Shown here one piece after another: positions 30,006 to 41,739 of a DNA stretch of 43,267 nucleotides. The notes below the pieces were generated by a model. It did not search any database and was not told the DNA's origin. It saw nothing but the letters and a program-made list of their open reading frames with translations. A program made the position numbers and the translations under genes. The stretch comes from a bacterium (GTDB lineage: Bacteria > Patescibacteriota > Minisyncoccia > Phycocordibacterales > PALSA-1337): NCBI GenBank assembly GCA_021782175.1, contig JAJXVL010000002.1, forward strand, positions 1 to 43,267, written 5' to 3'. The number at the start of each line of letters is the position of its first letter. Position 1 is the first letter of the stretch.

Positions 30006-30590
30006 TTAGGCTTTGGCCTTGGCCTTGATGGCGGCCAAGGCTTTGTTGAAGCCAATCGGTGTTAGGGAAGAACCTGAAACCACATCTAAGTTTACGGAAT
30101 CAACACTTTTGCCAACGACCATAGACTTGTATCCGTCAGCAAAGCGCTGTTGGTAATAAGAAGAAGTGCCATCGTTGGGCATCGGCGTGACACTGGCAGC
30201 ACTGATGCTGTCGTTCTTGATGGTAAGAGATACGCCGATACTCTCGATTCCGGCCGGTGATTCATAAGAACCTACTGCTGTGTAAGTACCGTTCTTGTAT
30301 TCATACATATGACTGGGCATGCTTGAAGCCATTGCGGCCGGTGGCATGGTGGTAGTCATCATCGTGCTCGGTGTGACGGTAGTATCGGCGGCAGTATGAT
30401 TCGTTGGGGAAGAAGCTGTATTGTTCGTGGTTGTATCCGTTGTCGCCGAAGGTTGATCAACCGCTGCTACGGCAGTGGCGGCCAGATTATTCGAGGTAGT
30501 TTTGCGACTGAAGAAGGCAATAACAAGCGCACTTAGAGCCACAGTGGCCACGGCGGTTAGGCTAACGTAAAATTTTTTGCGTTGGTCCAT
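30006..30590 (-). CDS. Membrane-anchored FMN-binding domain protein (predicted ApbE flavinylation substrate)
   Basis: N-terminal RKK plus a TM helix, a Thr/Ser/Asn-rich linker, then an FMN_bind-like domain ending in DVVSGSSLT, which resembles the Dxx[ST]GA[ST] flavinylation motif. Confidence 0.7.
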   Translation of the reverse strand: MDQRKKFYVSLTAVATVALSALVIAFFSRKTTSNNLAATAVAAVDQPSATTDTTTNNTASSPTNHTAADTTVTPSTMMTTTMPPAAMASSMPSHMYEYKNGTYTAVGSYESPAGIESIGVSLTIKNDSISAASVTPMPNDGTSSYYQQRFADGYKSMVVGKSVDSVNLDVVSGSSLTPIGFNKALAAIKAKAKA

Positions 30591-30601
30591 TTTATTTTTT
30601 T

Positions 30602-30607
30602 ATTATA
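30602..30607 (-). promoter_or_regulatory. TATAAT box (minus strand), 11 nt upstream of ATG 30590
   Basis: The minus strand reads ggaTATAATaaaaaaataaaATG. Confidence 0.4.
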
Positions 30608-30692
30608 TCCAGTGCTGATTGTTACGATATCAGTATAACAAAAGGTGCATGAGCTTGTTCCGACCAACCCGCGCTTGTGCTAGAGTGTGGCC

Positions 30693-31406
30693 ATGATTAC
30701 CTTCCATGTTATCAGTTTGTTCCCGGAGAGTCTGACTTCTTATCTGGAGGCTTCGATTTTGAAACGAGCCCAGAAAGAAGGGAAGATTGCCGTGAAATAC
30801 TATAATCCAAGGGATTTTGCGATTGGCCGAGGAAGCAAACCAACTTATGCTGAGCGTCGAGTAGATGATAGGCCTTATGGCGGCGGTCCGGGAATGGTAC
30901 TCGAAGCTGAACCGGTCATTAGAGCTATTGCCAAAGCTGTTGGACGCAAATTGAATCAAAAATCTTCCAAAAAAAAGGTCAAAATTGTTTTTTTCAGCCC
31001 GGCCGGTCATCAGTTCTCCAATACGGTGGCGGATACTTTCCGGAAGTACTCCGATATTGTTATGGTTTGCGGCCGTTATGAAGGTATTGATGCCAGAGTC
31101 AAAAAAGTTTTTCCGATGACTGACATTTCAGTTGGCCCTTATGTGCTTACCGGCGGGGAACTACCAGCTCTCATCATGATCGATACTATTACGCGCCGTT
31201 TGCCAGGCGTGCTCGGTCATGACGAATCAGTGGAAGAACGCCGCGTCTCTAGTCCGGATGTTTATACGCGGCCCGCTGCTTTCAAATACAAAAAAAAGAT
31301 TTATAAGGTACCGGAAGTTCTGCTACAAGGAAATCACGCCAAGATTGATCAATGGAAAGTTGGCCGACAGAATGGTTTTTCGAAGAATCAGAAGATTTTT
31401 AAATAA
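30693..31406 (+). CDS. trmD: tRNA (guanine37-N1)-methyltransferase
   Basis: The track start is GTG 30687; I prefer ATG 30693 (MITFHVISLFPE), 6 nt after TAGAGT. Motifs present: DDRPYGGGPGMV, CGRYEGIDARV, GGELPA. Confidence 0.9.
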   Translation: MITFHVISLFPESLTSYLEASILKRAQKEGKIAVKYYNPRDFAIGRGSKPTYAERRVDDRPYGGGPGMVLEAEPVIRAIAKAVGRKLNQKSSKKKVKIVFFSPAGHQFSNTVADTFRKYSDIVMVCGRYEGIDARVKKVFPMTDISVGPYVLTGGELPALIMIDTITRRLPGVLGHDESVEERRVSSPDVYTRPAAFKYKKKIYKVPEVLLQGNHAKIDQWKVGRQNGFSKNQKIFK

Positions 31407-31410
31407 AAAA

Positions 31411-31431
31411 GAGGCGTTGTTATAACGCCTC
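31411..31431. terminator. Hairpin terminator shared by trmD and the convergent gene
   Basis: GAGGCGTT gttat AACGCCTC. An A-run upstream gives a U-tract on the minus strand. Confidence 0.6.
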
Positions 31432-31447
31432 GGCTGTAGGATCTCCA

Positions 31448-31918
31448 TCAGGAGTGGTGCTCCATATTTCGATCCATGAAAAACTGGTCCAGTTCAGCGT
31501 CAGGAATGAGGCGATCCACTAGGCCGGCCTCCATAGCCTCATCGGCGCTCAGTTTTCCCAAGGGTGGAAATTCCACCAGGAAAGAGGCTTTATTGGTGCC
31601 GAGCCTCTCCTGACAAACATTGAGCAGGTTTATGCCCAGGGTTCGGGTCAAGCCTATGGCCAAACCGATTTTGTGCCCCTGGTAAGTCCGGACAGCTTCG
31701 AGAAACTGTCTGGCATTCTCAGGCGGCAAGACCTCCTTTTCCTTTTCTTCGATGACAACGAAGATATCCGGATAGTTCAGACGTCGCAAAATTCCCAGAA
31801 CAGCTCGGACCATCAGGATACCATCGTCATCAAGCCTTTTTGGAATGGGCAGAGTCCGTGTAATAACACATATTCTGACCCATTCTTCGCCAGAGAGCGG
31901 TCTTTCTTTAAAAGTCAT
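31448..31918 (-). CDS. Truncated ClpP/crotonase-fold-like protein without a recognisable catalytic triad (tentative)
   Basis: 156 aa, preceded by a canonical AAGGAGG Shine-Dalgarno 7 nt from the ATG. By eye it aligns with ClpP: RICVIT / RVIFLT, DIFVVIE / DIYLYIN, GLTRTLG / GQAASMG, VEFPP / IHQP, SADEAMEAGLVDRLI / SAPEAVEYGLVDSIL. Confidence 0.45.
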   Translation of the reverse strand: MTFKERPLSGEEWVRICVITRTLPIPKRLDDDGILMVRAVLGILRRLNYPDIFVVIEEKEKEVLPPENARQFLEAVRTYQGHKIGLAIGLTRTLGINLLNVCQERLGTNKASFLVEFPPLGKLSADEAMEAGLVDRLIPDAELDQFFMDRNMEHHS

Positions 31919-32214
31919 AACAATTCCTCCTTGGTAAGTATTTGTTTGTGCTGGTTATTTCAACCACACCATATTACGCAGTTATGAACAAGTCAACTTG
32001 ACTTATCACGGCTAATTTGATAGGGTCTCCTCAACTTCGCAGCTTGAGTTCTGCCCAAGCGGAGGATTAGAAAGGTTCAAAATTAATCCTACTCGTGTCT
32101 ACCCACTCGAGGTAATCCAAACATTTCGCCGTTCTCAATAGATGAGAGCGGTCTTTTGCGTTTTTGTCGTCCAGTTTTCATTACTACAGTTTCTTTATTA
32201 TCATTTTTACCAAC

Positions 32215-35406
<3,192 letters not shown>

Positions 35407-35450
35407 CCGAATGATTCAGATCCACTTAACTCTCATCATTCAACACTCAC

Positions 35451-38400
35451 ATGCAAACTCCCATCAAAAAACAAGTTGATTCACCTCAGTTTGATCTGGT
35501 CAAACTATCCCTTTCTTCACCGGAAAAGATTCTCGAATGGTCTTATGGCGAGATTACCAAGCCAGAAACCATCAACTATCGCACTCAGCGATCCGAGAAG
35601 AATGGTTTGTTCGATGAAAGAATCTTCGGTCCGGACCGAGATTATGAATGTTATTGTGGTAAGTATCGCGGCATTCGCTACAAGGGTATCGTCTGTGAAA
35701 AATGTGGCGTAGAAATCACTCGTTCGATTGTGCGCCGTGAACGCATGGGTCATATTGAATTGGCCACGCCGGTTTCGCATATTTGGTTCTTGCGTAGCGT
35801 CCCATCTCGCATCGGTTTGGTTCTCGGTATGACCACGGCTGATTTGGAAAAAGTTGTTTATTTTGCCGGCTACATCGCTATCAAGGTAGATCAGGCCGGC
35901 AAAGCCAAGTTCCTGAAAGAACTTGATGCTGAGTACAAGAACAAGGTCAAAACTGCCCAAGATGACAAAACCAAGGAAGCTCTGAAGGAACTCTTGCTCG
36001 GTGCTCGTCGAGAGATTGAGTCTATTGAGCCTGGCTTGGTCATGGATGAGGTCACTTATCACAAATATGCCGTCAAATACGGTGCTTTCTTCGAGGCCTC
36101 TATTGGCGCCGAAGCTATCTACGATTTGCTCAAGAAGGTTGATCTGGTCAAGCTGCAGCAGGAAATCGAGCAGGCTCACACTGACGCCAGCGCGGCCGAC
36201 CGTGAAAGGCTATCCAAGCGTCTGTCATTGGTGAAGCAGATGATCAAGGCTAATGTTCGTCCGGAATGGATGTTCCTGGTGCGCATTCCAGTAATTCCGC
36301 CGGGACTGCGTCCGATGGTGGCTCTGGATGGTGGTCGTTATGCCACCTCCGATGTCAACGATCTCTATCGCCGCGTGATCAACCGCAACAATCGTTTGCT
36401 CAAGCTCAAAGAGATCAAAGCTCCGGAAGTTATTTTGCGCAACGAGAAACGTATTTTGCAAGAAGCTGTAGACGCCCTGATCGATAATTCCATCAGACAT
36501 TCTTCATCGGCTGGCGCGGCCGCGCTCGCTCGTGAGAAGCGCGCCCTCAAATCGCTATCAGATGGCTTGAAGTCAAAGCGTGGTCTCTTCCGTCAGAATT
36601 TGCTCGGTAAGCGCGTAGACTACTCCGGCCGCTCAGTGATCGTGGTCGGTCCAGAGCTCAAATTGGATGAATGCGGCTTGCCCAAGCATATGGCTCTGGA
36701 ACTCTTCCGACCTTTTGTGATTTCCGGTCTCTTGAAGCGCGAGTTGGCCTACAACATTCGTGGAGCTAATCGTTTGATTGATGATGGCGCCAAGGAGGTC
36801 TGGGAAATTCTGGAAGAGGTAATCAAAGGCAAGTATGTGCTTCTGAACCGTGCGCCGACTCTGCACCGCTTGGGTATCCAGGCCTTCCGCCCGACTCTGA
36901 TCGAGGGTAATGCTATTCAGGTGCACCCGCTGGTTTGTACGGCTTTCAACGCTGACTTCGACGGTGACCAAATGGCCGTTCACGTGCCGCTCTCTGACGA
37001 AGCCCAACTCGAAGCCAAGGAAATTATGGCTTCAGACAAGAATATTCTGAAACCAGGTAACAATGATCCGACTGTGGCTGCCAAGATGCTCGATATTGTT
37101 CTCGGTTGTTTCTGGGTGACCAAACAAGTCCCCGGAGCCAAGGGTGAAGGCAAGATCTTCGAATCGCCGGACGCCGCCACGCTCGCGCATTCTTTCAAGG
37201 AAGTGGACCTGCGTGCCAAGATCAAGGTTCTGGCACCGACTGACAATCAGAAGTATGCCGCTCAAGCCGGAACGATCTTCGAGACAACTGTAGGACGCAT
37301 CCTCTTCAACAATGTTTTGCCGTCTGATTACATCTTCATCAACGAAGAAGTCGGTCGCAAGAAGCTCGGCGCCATTATCGACGATATGATTACGGCTCAT
37401 GGTGCCAATCATATTGCTCCGATTCTGGATCGGATCAAGACTTTTGGTTTCGGTTACACCACTTATTCGGGTACTACTTGGGGTATTGATGACATCATGG
37501 TACCGGCTGCCAAACATGAGATCATTACCAAAGCCAAGGACCAGGCTGCGGTGGTCACTGGTCAATTCGATGAAGGTTTGCTGACCGAAGAAGAAAGGGT
37601 TCGTAAACATGTGGAAATCTGGCAAAAGGCCAAAGGGGAAGTCGAGAAGACCATCCCTGGCTCACTCGACAAGATGGGCTCAGTCTACGATATGGTTACC
37701 TCCGGGGCTCGTGGTTCACTCTCGCAAATCACACAAATGGCTGGTATGAAAGGTTTGATTGCTTCTGTTTCCGGTGAGACCATCGAATTCCCGATCCTGT
37801 CATGTGCCAAGGAAGGTTTGACGCCTATCGAATATTTCATCACGACGCACGGTTCCCGCAAAGGTTTGACCGACACAGCTCTCAACACCGCCAAGGCTGG
37901 TTATCTGACCCGTAAGCTCTTCGTGGTAGCCCAGGACGTAGTGGTCTCAGAGGAAGACTGCGGCACCAAGGATTCTATTATTATTCACCGTCAGACGGCT
38001 TCTGGCATGAACATTCCGCTTTCCAAGAATATCCGCGGCCGCGTTATTGCTGAGGATATTCAGGTTGGTGGACAGGTGATCTTCAAGAAGGGTCATCTCA
38101 TCTCCAAGACCGACGCCCAAAAGATCGAAGAGGCTGGAGTCAATGAAGTCCGCGTGCGTTCGCCGCTCTCTTGCAAGACGGTTCGCGGTGTGTGTGCCCA
38201 ATGTTATGGTATGGATCTGGGTGGTAACAAGATTGTCTCACTCGGTGAGGCGGTTGGTACCGTAGCTGCCCAAGCTATCGGTGAGCCTGGTACCCAATTG
38301 ACCATGCGTACTTTCCACGCCGGTGGTACGGCTTCTCAGGGTGGTGATATCACCATGGGTCTGCCGCGCGTCGAAGAAGTCTTCGAGAAGCGCCGCCCCA

Positions 38401-39131
38401 AGATCCCCGCGGTTGTAGCGACGGTCAACGGCGTCATCATGGAAGTCAAGGATTTGGGCAAGGAAAAAGTGATTACCATGCTTCCAGAAATCGAAGATCA
38501 GACCAAGGGTGCCAAGCCGGCGCCGGTCGAGTACACCTTCTCTTATCGTCGTACAACCCTTGTAAAGGTTGGTGATCGGGTCAAGAAGGGTGATTTGTTG
38601 ACTGACGGCTCAGCTGATATTGATGAGGTCTTCGAATATGGCGGCGAGGAACGCGCCAAGGATTATGTTATTACCGAAGTGGGTAAAATTTACGAGTTGC
38701 AGGGTGAAACAGTCTCTCGCAAGCATATCGAGCTCATAGTCAAACAGATGTTCAGCCGCCGCCGTGTGCTTGAGGCTGGTGACACCAATCTGACCGAAGG
38801 TATGATCGTTGACGACATTCTTCTTTCCGAAGAAAATGCCGCCGCCAAGGCTGCTGGAGGTGCTCCGGCCAAGGTTGCCAACCTGATCATGGGTATCACT
38901 GAAACCTCTCTGTCTAGCAAGAGTTTCTTGTCAGCCGCTTCCTTCCAACACACGACCCGCGTCCTTATCTCCAATGCGGTGCGTGGTGCTTCTGATGACC
39001 TTTCAGGTCTGATGGAAAATGTGATTATTGGTCGCTTGGTACCGGCTGGAACTGGTTTCGTCGGTTCGGCCAAGCAGCAGATGCTCAAACGCGAACTGCC
39101 CAAGGATAATGCTGATACAGTCTCGGAATAG
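35451..39131 (+). CDS. rpoC: DNA-directed RNA polymerase subunit beta-prime
   Basis: 1226 aa with the zinc-binding CYCGKYRGIRYKGIVCEKCG, the catalytic NADFDGD, and bridge-helix and trigger-loop regions. Confidence 0.95.
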   Translation: MQTPIKKQVDSPQFDLVKLSLSSPEKILEWSYGEITKPETINYRTQRSEKNGLFDERIFGPDRDYECYCGKYRGIRYKGIVCEKCGVEITRSIVRRERMGHIELATPVSHIWFLRSVPSRIGLVLGMTTADLEKVVYFAGYIAIKVDQAGKAKFLKELDAEYKNKVKTAQDDKTKEALKELLLGARREIESIEPGLVMDEVTYHKYAVKYGAFFEASIGAEAIYDLLKKVDLVKLQQEIEQAHTDASAADRERLSKRLSLVKQMIKANVRPEWMFLVRIPVIPPGLRPMVALDGGRYATSDVNDLYRRVINRNNRLLKLKEIKAPEVILRNEKRILQEAVDALIDNSIRHSSSAGAAALAREKRALKSLSDGLKSKRGLFRQNLLGKRVDYSGRSVIVVGPELKLDECGLPKHMALELFRPFVISGLLKRELAYNIRGANRLIDDGAKEVWEILEEVIKGKYVLLNRAPTLHRLGIQAFRPTLIEGNAIQVHPLVCTAFNADFDGDQMAVHVPLSDEAQLEAKEIMASDKNILKPGNNDPTVAAKMLDIVLGCFWVTKQVPGAKGEGKIFESPDAATLAHSFKEVDLRAKIKVLAPTDNQKYAAQAGTIFETTVGRILFNNVLPSDYIFINEEVGRKKLGAIIDDMITAHGANHIAPILDRIKTFGFGYTTYSGTTWGIDDIMVPAAKHEIITKAKDQAAVVTGQFDEGLLTEEERVRKHVEIWQKAKGEVEKTIPGSLDKMGSVYDMVTSGARGSLSQITQMAGMKGLIASVSGETIEFPILSCAKEGLTPIEYFITTHGSRKGLTDTALNTAKAGYLTRKLFVVAQDVVVSEEDCGTKDSIIIHRQTASGMNIPLSKNIRGRVIAEDIQVGGQVIFKKGHLISKTDAQKIEEAGVNEVRVRSPLSCKTVRGVCAQCYGMDLGGNKIVSLGEAVGTVAAQAIGEPGTQLTMRTFHAGGTASQGGDITMGLPRVEEVFEKRRPKIPAVVATVNGVIMEVKDLGKEKVITMLPEIEDQTKGAKPAPVEYTFSYRRTTLVKVGDRVKKGDLLTDGSADIDEVFEYGGEERAKDYVITEVGKIYELQGETVSRKHIELIVKQMFSRRRVLEAGDTNLTEGMIVDDILLSEENAAAKAAGGAPAKVANLIMGITETSLSSKSFLSAASFQHTTRVLISNAVRGASDDLSGLMENVIIGRLVPAGTGFVGSAKQQMLKRELPKDNADTVSE

Positions 39132-39162
39132 TGAGGTGATCTGGAGTTGATCCAAGTTTTTC

Positions 39163-39190
39163 AAAAATCGGCTAATATTAGCCGGTTTTT
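39163..39190 (+). terminator. Rho-independent terminator after rpoC
   Basis: The CGGCTAAT/ATTAGCCG palindrome is followed by GTTTTT. Confidence 0.75.
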
Positions 39191-39217
39191 GATTTGTGAT
39201 ATGATACCGAAACAAAT

Positions 39218-39835
39218 ATGCCCAAAATACTCAAACCGATACCGGTCATTGTCATCCATGGTGGTAGTGCCTACGATACCTATGAACAGTATCTGACTGA
39301 TTTGCGTCGTGACGATTTCGATCCCGAAAGAGATTTGACCAAAGATTGGAAAACCGAACTCGGCAAGGTGCTTGGACGACGTTATCGAGTGATCAATCCG
39401 TGTATGCCTAATGCCGAGAATGCCAAATATCTTGAGTGGGCTATTTGGTTCAAAAAGTGCCAACCTTATTTTGCCGATGGCATGATCTTGGTAGGGCATT
39501 CTTTGGGTAGTATTTTCCTAGCCAAATATTTGGCCGAAAATCGCTTGCCCAAAAAAGTTGCGGCGGTATGTCTGGTGTCATCGCCCTGGTCTGATGCGAG
39601 CCACAAGAAGCCTTTGGGTGATTTCTTGCTACCGGCGAAATTTGATCGTTTGGCGGCTTATGGATCAAGATTGCACTTCTTCCATAGTGAGGATGACCCC
39701 ATCGTCAATTTCGCCAGTCTAGGGCACTATGCGAACGCTTTACCAGATGCCATATTGCATATCTACAAGAATCGTGGTCATTTCATTAGTCCAAGTTTTC
39801 CTGAAATAGTAAAACTCATTAAACAGCTTCATTGA
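39218..39835 (+). CDS. Alpha/beta hydrolase (YdeN/RBBP9-like serine hydrolase)
   Basis: 205 aa with the nucleophile elbow GHSLG, plus SEDDPIV and RGHF as candidate Asp and His of the triad. Confidence 0.7.
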   Translation: MPKILKPIPVIVIHGGSAYDTYEQYLTDLRRDDFDPERDLTKDWKTELGKVLGRRYRVINPCMPNAENAKYLEWAIWFKKCQPYFADGMILVGHSLGSIFLAKYLAENRLPKKVAAVCLVSSPWSDASHKKPLGDFLLPAKFDRLAAYGSRLHFFHSEDDPIVNFASLGHYANALPDAILHIYKNRGHFISPSFPEIVKLIKQLH

Positions 39836-39879
39836 AGCCAAGTTCGGCAAAGTCTGGCGCTTTGGGGTATACTACGCCC

Positions 39880-41670
39880 ATGAATCGTTCGACTGTCGAA
39901 GAAATCAAGGCCCGTCTGGCCATTGAGGATTTGATTGGCTCCTATATCAAGCTGGAGAAAGCCGGCAAATCATTCAAAGCACGCTGTCCTTTTCATCATG
40001 AGAAGACGGCTTCCTTCTTCGTTTCGCCTGATCGTGGCGGCTACTATTGTTTCGGTTGTGGTGCCAAAGGGGATATTTTTTCATTTGTGGAACAATTCGA
40101 AGGTTTGGACTTCAAAGGTGCTTTGAAGATTCTAGCCGAGAGAACGGGAGTGCCACTGGTCTTCGATCAGGCGGTAGATAGCGAGAGAGATCAGCTGTTC
40201 CGTATTATGGAAGCCGCGGCCAAATATTTCGAGGGAGCCCTAGCTCAAGCCAAAGAAGCCCAAGAATATATCAGTAGTCGTGGTGTTTCTGACAAAACTA
40301 GGACCGATTTTCGGATCGGTTGGGCACCGCTTGGTTGGCGTAATCTCTATGATTTCTTGCGTTCCCAAAAGTGGTCCAACGAGCTGATTGAACGCTCAGG
40401 TTTGGCAAAAAGAGCCTCAGACGGTACTGGTAACTACTACGATCGTTTCCGGGGCCGGGTAATGTTTCCGCTTTGTGATTCGAGCGGCCGAGTCATTGCT
40501 TTTTCCGGGCGTATTTTGAAGGATGATGGTCAGTCAGCCAAATATCTGAATAGTCCCGACACTCCACTCTTCGACAAATCTTCGGTGTTGTATGGCCTCG
40601 ATAAGGCCAAGAGTTTCATCCGCCGACTCGATTACGCTATTCTGGTAGAAGGACAAATGGACCTGATCATGTCACATCAAGCCGGTATCAAGAATACGGT
40701 GGCTTCTTCGGGTACAGCCCTGGCTGACGTTGAGGCCAACCGTGATGGGGTAGTCAATAATCTCGGACTGCTGAGGCGTTTGTCAGGCAATATTATCATC
40801 GCTTTTGATGCCGACACCGCCGGCCGCAAGGCCGCTATGCGTGCGGCTAGTATCGCGCTCACTCTGGGCATGGATGTAAAAATTGCTGATATCCAGGGTG
40901 GCAAGGACCCGGCGGATTTGGTCGCCCATAATCCTGAAGACTGGAAGAATATTTTGCGCGTGGCCAAGCCCATAGTGGAATTCGAATTGAATAATGTCAT
41001 CAGAGAGGTGTCTGATCCGCGCAAAATTCCCAGAGCCGTACGAGAAAGAGTTTTGCCGTTTGTGGTCGCCATAGGCAGTGCCACTGACCGCGCTTATGCC
41101 TTGAAGTTGATTGCCGACCGGACAGATTTGCCTGAAGCGGCCCTTTGGGATGATTTGGCTATGATCGAGGCCAAAACTCAACAGCCCGCCGGTGCAGTCA
41201 AATCCGAACAAGGACCGGCCAAAACAGCGTCATTCTCAGCAACGAATAGCGATATGACCTCGGCAATGACCAATGCGGCCAGATTAGATATGGTCTCTCG
41301 TCGTTTGATCGGTCTGCTCAATTTGATCGAGAGGACTGATGCACCAAAAGCGGCGGCCTATCGTACCAAGATCAATGAGATCGCTCCCGGCTCGTTCGAC
41401 CAGATGGTCCAACGTTCTTTGCCGATCTTGAGCGACTTGGCCTTTGAAGCAGAAGCTTTTTATGGTGCGGAACCAGAACGTTTTGACTTCCACATGACCG
41501 AACTGATTACCAATTATCAGGCTGATCTCTTGAATGGGGAATTGGTTGAGACTATGGCTGCACTCCGGGCAGCTGAGAAGGCCGGTGACCAAGCGGTTGT
41601 AGCCTCTCTGGCTCAAAAATGCCAAGAATTGTCAGCCCGCAAGGCGGTTATATTCTCGGCTCATAAATAA
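39880..41670 (+). CDS. dnaG: DNA primase
   Basis: The track start is TTG 39832; I prefer ATG 39880, 6 nt after TATACT. It has the zinc finger CPFHHEKTASFFVSPDRGGYYCFGCGAKGD and TOPRIM motifs (VEGQMD, DADTAGRKA). About 596 aa. Confidence 0.9.
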   Translation: MNRSTVEEIKARLAIEDLIGSYIKLEKAGKSFKARCPFHHEKTASFFVSPDRGGYYCFGCGAKGDIFSFVEQFEGLDFKGALKILAERTGVPLVFDQAVDSERDQLFRIMEAAAKYFEGALAQAKEAQEYISSRGVSDKTRTDFRIGWAPLGWRNLYDFLRSQKWSNELIERSGLAKRASDGTGNYYDRFRGRVMFPLCDSSGRVIAFSGRILKDDGQSAKYLNSPDTPLFDKSSVLYGLDKAKSFIRRLDYAILVEGQMDLIMSHQAGIKNTVASSGTALADVEANRDGVVNNLGLLRRLSGNIIIAFDADTAGRKAAMRAASIALTLGMDVKIADIQGGKDPADLVAHNPEDWKNILRVAKPIVEFELNNVIREVSDPRKIPRAVRERVLPFVVAIGSATDRAYALKLIADRTDLPEAALWDDLAMIEAKTQQPAGAVKSEQGPAKTASFSATNSDMTSAMTNAARLDMVSRRLIGLLNLIERTDAPKAAAYRTKINEIAPGSFDQMVQRSLPILSDLAFEAEAFYGAEPERFDFHMTELITNYQADLLNGELVETMAALRAAEKAGDQAVVASLAQKCQELSARKAVIFSAHK

Positions 41671-41703
41671 GCCCGAACTCTTGCCTGATCGTTTATCATC
41701 AAG

Positions 41704-41709
41704 TATAAT
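41704..41709 (+). promoter_or_regulatory. TATAAT box 30 nt upstream of the rpoD ATG
   Basis: Exact TATAAT in the 69-nt dnaG-rpoD spacer. Confidence 0.4.
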
Positions 41710-41739
41710 GATGTTCAATTTAATCTCACAGACTTTTAC

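Noticed and set aside
30630-31010. 126-aa minus-strand ORF overlapping the trmD start
   Set aside because: It is antisense to a well-supported TrmD N-terminus and has no motifs. The divergent promoter region already accounts for transcription signals here.
35517-39103. Antisense ORFs inside rpoC (35517-36179, 36633-37007, 37032-37625, 38690-39103 and others)
   Set aside because: Same reasoning as for rpoB. They are embedded in a clearly conserved RpoC frame and have no independent promoter or family signal.
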